64,000 bases of DNA from Rhodothermaceae bacterium bin80. Lineage in GTDB: Bacteria > Bacteroidota > Rhodothermia > Rhodothermales > Bin80. Below are positions 1 to 9,840 of the stretch, piece after piece. The DNA lies in the NCBI GenBank assembly GCA_002238805.1, contig MPNB01000002.1, positions 14,045 to 78,044 on the forward strand, read 5' to 3'. Position 1 is the first letter of the stretch. The number at the start of each line of letters is the position of its first letter. The notes under the pieces were generated by a model. It was not told the origin of the DNA, searched no databases, and saw only the letters and a program-made list of their open reading frames with translations. The position numbers were made by a program, and so were the translations under genes.

Positions 1-350
1 TCACACATACGGTATCAGCCCATGTCTCGAATTGTCAATGCGTCCGTTCGCATGGGCGCTTACACGATCCGTACTCAATCGGTCACCCCCAGTGTCTGCG
101 CTGGGCCCAACTCATCCTCTGACACAATAAAGTTAAAGGAAAATAGCATTTTTGGCGGGTATAGGCCGATTTAAGGAAGTTACCTATTTTGCTCTTCACC
201 TTTTTAGTGGAGAACTTAATTTGGACTCCATCGGGGTATAGCTTAATCCTCCAAGATAGAAGTAACGGCGTTGGTAAACCGTTGTTTGTTTTGAAAATCC
301 CTACATCGAATTTTGACGGTTTTGATCCGACAACTGTTGATCGACAGGCG

Positions 351-1463
351 CTATCCGTCCATCAGTAATACACCCCGTATTAAACGACCCTGTTCAAGGT
401 CTTCATATGCCTGCATGACCTCTTCAAGGGAATACTGTCGGGTTATCATGCTGGCCAATGGAAGCTTCCCCTCCAAGTAATAACGAGCATATCGCAAAAA
501 ATCGTCTTTGGGCACCGCAGTACCGTAATATGATCCCTTGATCGTTATCTCTCTACGGGTAATCCGGGCAGCAGGAAAATTCGTATTACTTCCAACCGGC
601 GCCAGTCCAGCCAAAACCAAAGTACCTCCCGGTCGCACAGCATCCAGACAGGCTTCCTGGATGCTCGGAATACCCGTTGCCTCAATAACGAAATCAGCAC
701 CTCGACCCTCAGTGTACTCCCGGACTATGGAGGCATCCTTATCGCTACCGGCGAGAGTCCCGTCTGCACCAAACTCAGCAGCCTTAATCCGGCGATCTCG
801 TACAGGATCAACAGCCAGAACGATCCCCGCATCAGCCAAGCGTGCACCGAGAATTGCCGATAGACCAACCCCGCCTGCCCCATACACAACAACGTCACTC
901 CCTGCAGGTACCCGGGCAGTATTCAGTACTACCCCCACACCGGTCGTTACGCAGCAACCTATTAGTGCAGCAACAGGCATAGGGATTTTCATGTTCGTTG
1001 GGAGTGGCACACATGCAGCTTCGGCAACCACCACATACTCCGAAAAACATCCGAGTGCACAATACTGATATACCGGATTCCTCCCCGAATACATGCGTGG
1101 TGTTCCATCCTGCATGACTCCTGCCCAAATGGCATCCTTAGTGACACTGCAAAGGGCAGGCCGGTGCAAATCACAGTAGAAACATTTACCACATGCCGGC
1201 GCCCAATTGAATATCACGCGATCACCCGGCCGCAGATTTTCTGACCTACCGCCACATTCGACGACGACCCCTGCGCCCTCATGTCCGAGCACTGCCGGCA
1301 GAACATGTGGCGTTGTACCGGTCATTACCTGGAGGTCACTACGACAAACACCCGCTGCGTGCACACGAACAAGAACCTCGTTGGCCTTCGGCGGCTGGAG
1401 CTCCAACTCCTCAATAACCAATGGTTCTCCTACTCTGTGCAATACTGCTGCTCGTGTTTTCAT
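351..1463 (-). CDS. Zn-dependent alcohol dehydrogenase (medium-chain dehydrogenase/reductase family)
   Basis: 370-aa ORF; catalytic-Zn signature GHEGAGVVVECG; structural-Zn cysteine cluster CGKCFYCDLHRPALC; Rossmann loop YGAGGVGLSA. Confidence 0.85.
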   Translation of the reverse strand: MKTRAAVLHRVGEPLVIEELELQPPKANEVLVRVHAAGVCRSDLQVMTGTTPHVLPAVLGHEGAGVVVECGGRSENLRPGDRVIFNWAPACGKCFYCDLHRPALCSVTKDAIWAGVMQDGTPRMYSGRNPVYQYCALGCFSEYVVVAEAACVPLPTNMKIPMPVAALIGCCVTTGVGVVLNTARVPAGSDVVVYGAGGVGLSAILGARLADAGIVLAVDPVRDRRIKAAEFGADGTLAGSDKDASIVREYTEGRGADFVIEATGIPSIQEACLDAVRPGGTLVLAGLAPVGSNTNFPAARITRREITIKGSYYGTAVPKDDFLRYARYYLEGKLPLASMITRQYSLEEVMQAYEDLEQGRLIRGVLLMDG

Positions 1464-1474
1464 GAGAGACTTCG

Positions 1475-2428
1475 CTATGCCTCCGGCAACTCCTGTCCTA
1501 TTTCCAGTGCTTTCAGTGCACTGATCACCTCGTCGTGGAGCTTACCATTGGTTGCAATGATCCCGCGATTACGCGCCAGTCCCTTGCCACAGGTGAAGTC
1601 CAGTTTTCTGCCCGTACAATCGGTAACGCGCCCGCCTGCTTCACTCAGGATCAGAGCTCCCGCCGCGTGATCCCAAATGCGTTCGACATACTCCTTTCGT
1701 GTCGGCAAACGCATGTAAATTTCTGCCTCTCCGCGAGCGACGACTGCGTACTTCGCCTGACTGTCCAATCGCCTACTCTCAGTAGTAATTCCTAAGTAGT
1801 CGGCAACCCGCTGTGCATCCCCATGTGCACTATGCCCGGACTCCAGGCTCTCACAAAACCTTGCATTGCTCACACGATCAATCTTGCTCACACTGATCGA
1901 GCGCTTACCTTGCTCTGCTCCGTACCCGCGCACTGCTACAAGCGTTCCGCCGTCCAGTTTCGGGCAAGCTAGTCCACCCACCGCTACTTCACCGTCCACA
2001 ATGAGCGCCAAGGCCACGGCAAAGTGCTCCTTCCGTAAAAAACCCTTGGTGCCGTCAATCGGATCAAGCGTCCAGAATCGATCGCTGAAGCCCTCTGCGT
2101 TACCATAATCAATCCACTTCATCGCATCGGTCAAAGAGCAACCCGGGCGAACATTCACGAGATGTTCAGCAAGCATTTCCCGAAGTGAAGACTGCTCAGG
2201 CGCCCTTAAGAGCGTGCTGTCTTCCTCTGCTACAATCGGATCATCTGGAAAAGCTTCCCGAACAGCCCGACACACCAATGCCTGGCTTCCGTAGTCTGCT
2301 ACCGTGACCGGACTGCGATCCTCCTTGGCAATAGCTATCCGATCCTGAACATTCCTGCACAGCTCAGCCGCTGCACCAAGCGCTGCACGAACGACCGAAA
2401 TCTCCTTCGCATATGTATTACTCAGCAT
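1475..2428 (-). CDS. 3'(2'),5'-bisphosphate nucleotidase / inositol-monophosphatase-family phosphatase (HAL2/CysQ-like)
   Basis: 317-aa ORF with IMPase-family boxes IVAEEDS, WTLDPIDGTKGF and WDHAAG. Confidence 0.8.
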   Translation of the reverse strand: MLSNTYAKEISVVRAALGAAAELCRNVQDRIAIAKEDRSPVTVADYGSQALVCRAVREAFPDDPIVAEEDSTLLRAPEQSSLREMLAEHLVNVRPGCSLTDAMKWIDYGNAEGFSDRFWTLDPIDGTKGFLRKEHFAVALALIVDGEVAVGGLACPKLDGGTLVAVRGYGAEQGKRSISVSKIDRVSNARFCESLESGHSAHGDAQRVADYLGITTESRRLDSQAKYAVVARGEAEIYMRLPTRKEYVERIWDHAAGALILSEAGGRVTDCTGRKLDFTCGKGLARNRGIIATNGKLHDEVISALKALEIGQELPEA

Positions 2429-2891
2429 TGTCTGAGGATAATGTCATTGTCCGATATGACGGAAGTTCATTCAGGAACCGGAATTCCCGATTCTTATGAT
2501 CTACTATGCAGCAATGGTGCTGCAAACCATTCGTCACTAACAAATAAGGAGCCTTACACACTGTGTTGTAACGGCCAATCTGGTCAAATACATCCTGCTT
2601 GATCTTAACGGATGGATTTTTGCACTCGGCAATCAGTACCGTCTGCATCTTTCGGTCGTAAACAACAATATCTGCCCGATAATAACGATCATGCATTGGA
2701 ATGGGGGCCTCCACGGCAATGAACCCCTGAGGTACGTCCAAGGCTTCAATGAGGTACCGGATCAAGTGCTGACGCACCCACTCTTCGGGAGTTAACGGCA
2801 CAAAACGCTGGCGGACCCGATCCAGTATTACTATTCTTTCAGCCTCGTTCCGTATCTCAAAATTGTACGGAGGAAAATTCAGTTGCTCCAT
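2418..2891 (-). CDS. small HsdR-N-terminal-domain protein (PD-(D/E)xK-like fold), orphan
   Basis: 157 aa; EEWVRQHLIRYL...YRADIVVYD...LIAECK resembles the HsdR_N family small proteins common in Bacteroidota; 11-nt overlap with the downstream gene. Confidence 0.6.
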   Translation of the reverse strand: MEQLNFPPYNFEIRNEAERIVILDRVRQRFVPLTPEEWVRQHLIRYLIEALDVPQGFIAVEAPIPMHDRYYRADIVVYDRKMQTVLIAECKNPSVKIKQDVFDQIGRYNTVCKAPYLLVTNGLQHHCCIVDHKNREFRFLNELPSYRTMTLSSDNAE

Positions 2892-2956
2892 GCCTCCAAA
2901 GGTAATGATTCAGCATCGGATCCCATAGCCCCGTCACGCGTTAGTGGCTCTCACCT

Positions 2957-3011
<55 letters not shown>

Positions 3012-3030
<19 letters not shown>

Positions 3031-3668
3031 CTCGTTACCTGCTTCAGTGCGTGCATTACTGCATTGCCTGCCTCTTCGGCAGTTCGGCCTATTGCCACCA
3101 TTCCGTCTTCATGCCCACCCATGGCAAAGATGTGCGTCTGGAGAACAGCTGTCGTCTCAAACAACCGTGCTACTTCGTAGGCCATTTCCGGGGTCCCCTG
3201 CGGAATGTTAGATTGTGTTATTGGAAGATGCAGGTTTTTTGCATTCTTCCACAAAAGCTGCGAGTGGACATGAAAAACCCAACGAATAGAAGGATCAACC
3301 ATATAGACCGCGCCGTGTGTCAAACTTTCACTTGAGGGGTGGGTTGGCCCATGTGCATTCACCAGATTTTTTGCAAGATCAAACGAATGCACATGGGAAT
3401 AATCCTGACCCGTCAGGAACTGCTTATATCCCGTCTGCGAGCCTGTGATAATGAAAGCCCTTTGACTGGGTAATGCATTGAACGGCCGAACACGGCAACT
3501 CAAATTGCCGAACCCATAACCATCATAACGATCAGGATCCTGACCAACCAAACCTGCCGCCATAAGCCGTTGCCGCCAATGTGCAAGTGTACCCAATATC
3601 GCCTCATTGATCGGTCCTGTAGGTTCAAATTGCAAGTTGAACCGAATCGCACCTTCCTGGCCTGGCAT
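3012..3668 (-). CDS. class II aldolase/adducin-family protein
   Basis: 218 aa; boxes [32 protein letters not shown] and [11 protein letters not shown] fit the class II aldolase pattern; the last 19 nt overlap the tRNA-Pro on the opposite strand. Confidence 0.7.
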
Positions 3669-3725
3669 TGTTCGTTAAATTGCGGTTGGTAGACTCCTTT
3701 TGCATTAGACCTGTCTTTTGGTTCC

Positions 3726-5138
3726 ATGAATCATCTTTCGATAGTCTGGTGGACACTTTTTGCAGGCGCTCTGCTATCTATTGGCTGCCAGACAAAAACG
3801 CAAACACCCAATGTGATTCTGATCGTAACCGACGATCAGGGATGGGTTGATCTTGGAAGTTATGGATCCTCCGACCTGTCAACGCCACATCTTGACTCAT
3901 TAGCTGCCCACGGCCTTCGCTTTACGGATTTCTACACAGCTGCTGCTTCCTGCTCACCCTCCCGCGCAGCCTTTATGACCGGCATGTATCCGCAGCGTGT
4001 AGGCATTCCAGGAGTACTCATGCCTCAATCCCGCCGTGGACTTCATCCGAATGAACGCACTATGGCAGAAATGCTCAAAGAGTTGGAATACGCCACTGCC
4101 TGCTTCGGAAAATGGCACCTGGGCCACGATTCACTACACCTCCCAATGAGTCACGGATTCGATGAGTACTTCGGTATCCCCTACTCCAACGACATGACAC
4201 CGGATGCCGTAAAGAACCCGAATCCACCCGCAAGACGACATCCGCCAGTGCCACTTGTTGAAGGCTTCGCCACCATTGAACTGGAACCGGACCAATCTCA
4301 GTTGACCCGACACTATACCGAGCGGGCGGTTGCTTTCATTGAATCTAACCGTGACACCCCCTTCTTTATTTACCTGCCACACACGTTTCCGCACGTCCCG
4401 CTTTTTGTCTCTGAAGCATTTGCCGGACAATCCAATGCCGGATTATACGGAGATGTGATCATGGAAATCGACTGGTCGGTAGGTCGAATCATGGAGACAC
4501 TTGATCGCCTGGATCTGACGGAGAATACACTCATTATCTTTTCATCGGACAATGGTCCATGGTTAGTGAAGGGAGCTCACAGTGGGCGCACCGGCCCACT
4601 ACGCGAGGGGAAGGGAACTACATTCGAGGGGGGACACCGTGTGCCTTTGCTTATGTCTTGGCCCGGTACGATTGCACCGGGGGTCACAGATGCTATGGTT
4701 TCTGCTATGGACATTATGCCGACCGTGGCGGAGGTTACCGGGGCTGCACCCGGACCGTTCTCATTTGATGGGAAATCACTGGTGAACGTTATCAAAGGCG
4801 ACACCTCGCCGCACAATGCATTATTCTTCTACCAAGGATATCAGCTTCATGCTGTCCGCTCCGGCCGATGGAAATTACATGTGCCACACCACTATCGCAG
4901 CATTCACGGTGCCACACTTTCGACACCGACCTTCCAGGGCGCCTATCGACGGGACTCAATTGGATTATCTCTGTTCGATCTGGAGTCAGATATCGGAGAG
5001 ACCCTCAATCTTGCAGACACGCACCCGGCAATCGTTGACCGACTGCTCGGATACGTGGCTACCATGCGAAAAGATCTGGGCGATGCACTCACCGGTACGG
5101 ATGGAACCAACCGTCGCCCATCTAGACTGCTGGAGTAA
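3726..5138 (+). CDS. sulfatase (arylsulfatase A family, Cys-type)
   Basis: 470 aa; leader with lipobox-like LLSIGC; VTDDQG metal box; formylglycine signature CSPSRAAFMTGMYP; GKWHLG. Confidence 0.9.
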   Translation: MNHLSIVWWTLFAGALLSIGCQTKTQTPNVILIVTDDQGWVDLGSYGSSDLSTPHLDSLAAHGLRFTDFYTAAASCSPSRAAFMTGMYPQRVGIPGVLMPQSRRGLHPNERTMAEMLKELEYATACFGKWHLGHDSLHLPMSHGFDEYFGIPYSNDMTPDAVKNPNPPARRHPPVPLVEGFATIELEPDQSQLTRHYTERAVAFIESNRDTPFFIYLPHTFPHVPLFVSEAFAGQSNAGLYGDVIMEIDWSVGRIMETLDRLDLTENTLIIFSSDNGPWLVKGAHSGRTGPLREGKGTTFEGGHRVPLLMSWPGTIAPGVTDAMVSAMDIMPTVAEVTGAAPGPFSFDGKSLVNVIKGDTSPHNALFFYQGYQLHAVRSGRWKLHVPHHYRSIHGATLSTPTFQGAYRRDSIGLSLFDLESDIGETLNLADTHPAIVDRLLGYVATMRKDLGDALTGTDGTNRRPSRLLE

Positions 5139-5222
5139 CACACACACCCATCCGAAGTACCATACTCCGAGGGACGACGATCAACGCTACCTGTCCTGGA
5201 TGCTGTCCCTGACAGATGATTG

Positions 5223-6617
5223 CTAGTCGTCCCAGCCCACGGGAACGTTCCAGTAAAAATTTGCAAAGCTGTAATACGGTCTTTTGGGCGACAATCTCTG
5301 CAAATAGAGTGCCAGTTCCCGCAGGTGATAGTCCCCCCACATTACGCTCTCTCCATGGGGGATATTTGCCCCATCTGGAACATAGTCCCAACGGCGTGGC
5401 CAATGATATACACTGTGCAGAAGCAAGCCCTCATGTGCTGGATCCAGACTCAGGTATGGTTCATGCAAGAGCGTCAAGGCAATTTTACGCCCGGCTATAG
5501 TATACCTCCTGCCATCCTTGCCCATTATTTTTCCGAGACGCAATAACCCCTGAGCTGCAATAGCCGCAGCAGAACTATCTACGGGCTCCTTATCATTGAA
5601 CGGATCCGCATCGCGCTCAGACCAATTGCTTAAATCTTTCAAACCTGGTGCACCTGTATCCCAGTAGGGTACCCCACATGTTGGTGTGCTTTCTATGTAG
5701 TAATCAGCTGCAGCCCACAGCGCCATTTGGATCTCTGCCTGCACCTTTCTGTACGGACGCGTAACACGTTTGGGCAGCATATCGAGAAATTCAAGGATTT
5801 CAGCACACCCCAAAATTATCCACGCCAACCCTCTCGTCCATGTGCTGAATGGTGAGTACCCCTGTTGTGTACTCGGACACCGATACGTGCCTGTACGTAC
5901 ATTGAAGATCGCTTCATGAGCAACCCGACCACGGACATCATACCCATCTGTTTTCTCACCCCCACCACGAAAAACAATGTACTCAGAGGTGGTCTGTGCG
6001 TGTGTCACCAACCGCTCCAGCAAGCTGTACTCCTTATCCTGTTCGCCCCGCAATACGCCCCCCAGTAAGTATGCAATAGCGAGCGCCCGAAGTGAGCGAA
6101 TTGTATCCGCAAAAAGAGAATGCGGACCATTAAAGGAGTGAATGAACCCATACCCTCCTCCGAGTTCAGTCCAGCGATGTGCCTGAACACTCCCACTTGT
6201 TAACAGGGCTTGCACATAGCAGTTGCGCTCCCATTCGTTGTACTCAATAAAGTGCTCATCCATAAGTCGAAGTAGCGCTCCGAAAGTACTCGTTGTGGTA
6301 AATCCATGATCATGAACACCAAAGTGCGTCAGGTGATGTTGTATGCGCCTCATCGTAGCGATACGCCCCCATTCAAGAAAAAAACCCGAGTCTGTCGCCT
6401 CAGCCTGCAGAAGCATTGAGCCTACTTGGAAGCCACGCGTCCAATCCGTCCAACCTTGGGAAGTGTAACGCCCATTTCTGGTGTACACCAACGCTTTGTC
6501 TTCGTCTTCGAGTAACCTCTCTTCAATCGCGTGCAATTTTTTACCCGAAATCTCCCACATGCGGGCAATGGGTTTCTTGAAAACCCCCAACGGAATGAAT
6601 TCGCTCGTATCAATCAT
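5223..6617 (-). CDS. GH88-like unsaturated glucuronyl hydrolase ((alpha/alpha)6 barrel)
   Basis: 464 aa; GWTDWTRGF, HDHGF, STWTRGLAWIILG, DSSAAAIAAQGLL and MWGDYHLRELALYL line up with boxes I recall from Bacillus UGL (DWTDGF, HHDIGF, STWTRGQAWGIYG, DSSASAITACGLL, IWGDYYYLEALL). Confidence 0.75.
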   Translation of the reverse strand: MIDTSEFIPLGVFKKPIARMWEISGKKLHAIEERLLEDEDKALVYTRNGRYTSQGWTDWTRGFQVGSMLLQAEATDSGFFLEWGRIATMRRIQHHLTHFGVHDHGFTTTSTFGALLRLMDEHFIEYNEWERNCYVQALLTSGSVQAHRWTELGGGYGFIHSFNGPHSLFADTIRSLRALAIAYLLGGVLRGEQDKEYSLLERLVTHAQTTSEYIVFRGGGEKTDGYDVRGRVAHEAIFNVRTGTYRCPSTQQGYSPFSTWTRGLAWIILGCAEILEFLDMLPKRVTRPYRKVQAEIQMALWAAADYYIESTPTCGVPYWDTGAPGLKDLSNWSERDADPFNDKEPVDSSAAAIAAQGLLRLGKIMGKDGRRYTIAGRKIALTLLHEPYLSLDPAHEGLLLHSVYHWPRRWDYVPDGANIPHGESVMWGDYHLRELALYLQRLSPKRPYYSFANFYWNVPVGWDD

Positions 6618-7422
6618 CGAAACTTATTGTCTGGCTCAGAGCGTGCGTTACTCGTTCGTAGACCGAAAAAGTGCGTGTGCGCATATCATACGTACGGATC
6701 TGGACTTCTAAACTATGATCGCCTGTCTCAATGAGGTTCCAGGAGTTCTTTTCTATCTGCGGTGCGCGCCAACGGTTTGATGTGGCTGTTCCCGCAATAG
6801 AAACTATCAGCTCATTTCCTCCCTCAATACACACCTCCACATGGGCACAATGCCAGTGCCCTGCGCAGACAACCGTAACGCCAGCTTCTGCGGCCGCAGC
6901 AAACAATTTATCCCCGCCACGAGCCAAATCCAGTTCTTCGGATACTTTGAGTGCGGAAAGTGGATGATGAACTGCCAATACCTTGAGTGTGTTCGGCTGC
7001 TGCTCTGAAAAAAAACTCTGTACTCTCTTGACTTGCTGGGCTGTGCAACGCCCCCCCTTGACCGTAAATCCGTATGCGGTATTGAGTCCCAGTACAGCCA
7101 AACCCTGAACGATGATTGACTGCTCCAGCTGCCTGGTAAGCTGCCGCTTGTATCGACGTAATGGGTCAAGCATGCGCAAATCCGGACGATGCCACCACGC
7201 GTGCACATCATGATTCCCGGGAACCACGATGTATGGCTGGGGAAGTGCCTTCAGGAACTCCCGTGCAGCTTTGAACTCGCCCCTTCTTGCCCGCTGGGTA
7301 AGATCACCTGTAATCAGAATCGCGTCACATCCATGCACACGGATATCTTCAATCAGGTCTTCCTGTACATGAAGGGAAGCAATCCGGCCAAAGTGAGGAT
7401 CGCTTACATGTGCCAGCCGCAT
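6610..7422 (-). CDS. metallophosphoesterase (calcineurin-like)
   Basis: 270 aa; HVSDPHFG, ITGDLTQ, VPGNHD, GHWH boxes; 8-nt overlap with the GH88-like gene start. Confidence 0.8.
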   Translation of the reverse strand: MRLAHVSDPHFGRIASLHVQEDLIEDIRVHGCDAILITGDLTQRARRGEFKAAREFLKALPQPYIVVPGNHDVHAWWHRPDLRMLDPLRRYKRQLTRQLEQSIIVQGLAVLGLNTAYGFTVKGGRCTAQQVKRVQSFFSEQQPNTLKVLAVHHPLSALKVSEELDLARGGDKLFAAAAEAGVTVVCAGHWHCAHVEVCIEGGNELIVSIAGTATSNRWRAPQIEKNSWNLIETGDHSLEVQIRTYDMRTRTFSVYERVTHALSQTISFDD

Positions 7423-7568
7423 AAGGACTTGGTTGGATTACAAAAACAACAGCGTAGCGCCTAGATCGAAGTAATCAAACGGAATAGATCTTTCCAGCAA
7501 CCGCCTGAAGACCCCGCCCCCTTTCTGTGATGGTCATCACGCCCGATCTTCGATCCCGGACTTTAGAA

Positions 7569-8825
7569 TCAGATCGCCAAAGCCTGTTCTAAGAACAGGC
7601 CGATCGGGTTTTCCAGCAACTCTTTGAGTGTAGCAAAAAAGCGTGCTCCCACTGCTCCGTCCACCGCCCGGTGGTCACACGATAGTGTGAGCTTCATACG
7701 TTTACCCGGAACAACTACGCCGTCCTGCACGACCGGTGTATCCCGAATCGTGCCGATGGCCAGAATACAGGCATTCGGAGGATTGATGATTGCCGTAAAT
7801 GATTCAATGCCAAACATGCCCAGATTACTGGTAGTAAACGTGGACCCTTCCATCTCTTCCGGGGTCAATTTCCGGTCTCGTGCACGTGCTGCCAGTTCCT
7901 GAGTCTCCTGAGCTATGGCTGCCACGTTCTTTCGATGAGCATCCCGCACAACAGGCGTGACCAACCCATCTTCTATGGCCACAGCTACTCCCACATCTAC
8001 GTAACTGTACCTGCGAATCACACCCTCATCTGCCGCATATGTTACATTCACATCTGGATGTTGTACCAAGGCAGTTGCACTGGCCTTTGTCACAAAGTCG
8101 TTAAAGGAAGCCTTGGGTCGACCAGATTTTTCCAGGTATTCATTCACTGCAGTTCGGTGAGCAATAAGTGCAGTCACATCTACGTCCACATTCAGATAGA
8201 AATGTGGAGAGGTGTACTTGCTCTCAGCCAAACGGCGCGCGATTGCCTTACGCATCTGGGAGATCCGAACCGTTTCAAAGCCACGATCAGCAGATACATC
8301 AACGGGTACAGGAGGCCGGGTTGAGGGCCGAGACATCTGCGCTTCTACATCCCGCTTAATAATGCGCCCTCCCGGGCCGGATCCTGCCAAATCAGTCAGT
8401 TGAAGCCCATGGTCAGCCGCCATCCGCTTAGCGAGTGGCGAAGCCTTGATCCGCCCAGTAAATGTCGCCGCGGAAGTACCAATATTTGTCGGGGCGGGGG
8501 GCGTTTCCGTTGGGGTTTCAACAGGCGCAGGAGGTGGTGCGCCATCGTCAGCCGTATGCGACGACAGTATTGCTGATACATCCTCGCCGGCCTCGCCCAG
8601 AACAGCAATGAGCCCTCCTATCGGCAGGGCATCACCAGCCTGAGCAACTTTTTTGAGTAGGATACCATCATCATATGCCTCAACATCCATCGTTGCCTTG
8701 TCCGTCTCCACCTGTGCAATCACATCACCAGCAGCAATTTTATCTCCTTCTTCAACGGACCACTCAATCAGGACACCCTCTTCCATGGTGTCCGTCATCT
8801 TTGGCATTTCTATTGCAATCGGCAT
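7569..8825 (-). CDS. pdhC: pyruvate dehydrogenase complex E2, dihydrolipoamide acetyltransferase
   Basis: Lipoyl domain (VETDKATMDVEA), Ala/Pro linker, E3-binding domain (ASPLAKRMA), catalytic DHRAVDG; ORF is open from GTG 8837 but ATG 8825 gives the typical MPIAIEMPKMTDTMEEG start. Confidence 0.92.
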   Translation of the reverse strand: MPIAIEMPKMTDTMEEGVLIEWSVEEGDKIAAGDVIAQVETDKATMDVEAYDDGILLKKVAQAGDALPIGGLIAVLGEAGEDVSAILSSHTADDGAPPPAPVETPTETPPAPTNIGTSAATFTGRIKASPLAKRMAADHGLQLTDLAGSGPGGRIIKRDVEAQMSRPSTRPPVPVDVSADRGFETVRISQMRKAIARRLAESKYTSPHFYLNVDVDVTALIAHRTAVNEYLEKSGRPKASFNDFVTKASATALVQHPDVNVTYAADEGVIRRYSYVDVGVAVAIEDGLVTPVVRDAHRKNVAAIAQETQELAARARDRKLTPEEMEGSTFTTSNLGMFGIESFTAIINPPNACILAIGTIRDTPVVQDGVVVPGKRMKLTLSCDHRAVDGAVGARFFATLKELLENPIGLFLEQALAI

Positions 8826-8848
8826 GGTCAGTACCACTTAGAATACGG

Positions 8849-9832
8849 TCAATCAAGATACATCACTGCACGGCAGGCTCGGTATACATCCTCCGTACTC
8901 GGCAGATAGTACTCCATCAGATTTTTAGCATACGGGGCCGGCGTATCTCTGGCGGTGATTCGGTGAACCGGTGCATCAAGGTAATCAAAGGCCTGTGCCT
9001 GAATCTGGAAAGCGATCTCCGAGGAGACGCTTGCAAATGGATTACTCTCGTCCACCACTACGCACCGGTTGGTTTTCTTTACGGACGCGATCACCGTATC
9101 CCAGTCAAACGGGCGAATCGTACGCGGATCAATAACTTCCGCGGCATAACCGTCTGCTTCGAGCATTTCGGCGGCCTCCAGTGCACGCCAGTAGCTCTTG
9201 TTATGGCCTATAATCGTTACCGCGTCACCTTCACGCGCGATCCGTGCCTCACCAATCGGAATGGTATAGTCTTCCGCTTCTGAAACTTCGCCACGCATAC
9301 CATACATAAACTCGCTCTCCAGAAAAACCACTGGATCATCGTCCCGGATTGCTGACTTAAGCAGCCCCTTGGCGTCATCGGGGTTTGACACTGAGATCAC
9401 CTTCAGCCCCGGAAAGCAGCTATAGAGCGCTTCAACCGAAGTGTTGTGTGTCGCCGCCAGCTGCCCGGCTGCACCATTCGGTCCGCGGAACACAATTGGA
9501 AACGAAAACTGTCCCCCCGACATGTAGCGGATCTTGGCCGCATTGTTTATAATCTGATCAATGGCCACGAATGCGAAGTTCCAGGTCATGAACTCAATAA
9601 TAGGCCGGAGCCCATTCATCGCCGCCCCAAGCCCTAACCCCGCAAAGCCATTCTCGCTGATCGGCGTATCAAGCACGCGTCGATCACCAAACCGGTCACG
9701 CATGCCTTCACTGACCTTGTAAGCGCCGTTATACTCGGCCACCTCCTCACCCATGAGGAATATATTCTCGTCGCGATCCATCTCTTCGACCATCGCAGCA
9801 CGGATGGCCTCCCGAATTTGCAATTCTGCCAT
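8849..9832 (-). CDS. pdhB: pyruvate dehydrogenase E1 component, beta subunit
   Basis: 327 aa; typical transketolase-like E1-beta sequence (EEVAEYNGAYKVS..., DTPISENGFAG), placed between E1-alpha and E2. Confidence 0.92.
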   Translation of the reverse strand: MAELQIREAIRAAMVEEMDRDENIFLMGEEVAEYNGAYKVSEGMRDRFGDRRVLDTPISENGFAGLGLGAAMNGLRPIIEFMTWNFAFVAIDQIINNAAKIRYMSGGQFSFPIVFRGPNGAAGQLAATHNTSVEALYSCFPGLKVISVSNPDDAKGLLKSAIRDDDPVVFLESEFMYGMRGEVSEAEDYTIPIGEARIAREGDAVTIIGHNKSYWRALEAAEMLEADGYAAEVIDPRTIRPFDWDTVIASVKKTNRCVVVDESNPFASVSSEIAFQIQAQAFDYLDAPVHRITARDTPAPYAKNLMEYYLPSTEDVYRACRAVMYLD

Positions 9833-9840
9833 AACTCAAA

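Noticed and set aside
229-262. tRNA-like 5' start (GGGGTATAGCTTAAT...) in the leftmost intergenic region
   Set aside because: I could not fold a complete cloverleaf. It has no anticodon arm, T arm or matching 3' acceptor strand, so at most it is a fragment.
538-1068. 176-aa plus-strand ORF inside the alcohol dehydrogenase gene, and similar shadows at 8675-9283, 15171-15641 and 17573-18001
   Set aside because: They are antisense to strongly supported genes, Pro/Ser/Thr/Arg-rich, and carry no motifs.
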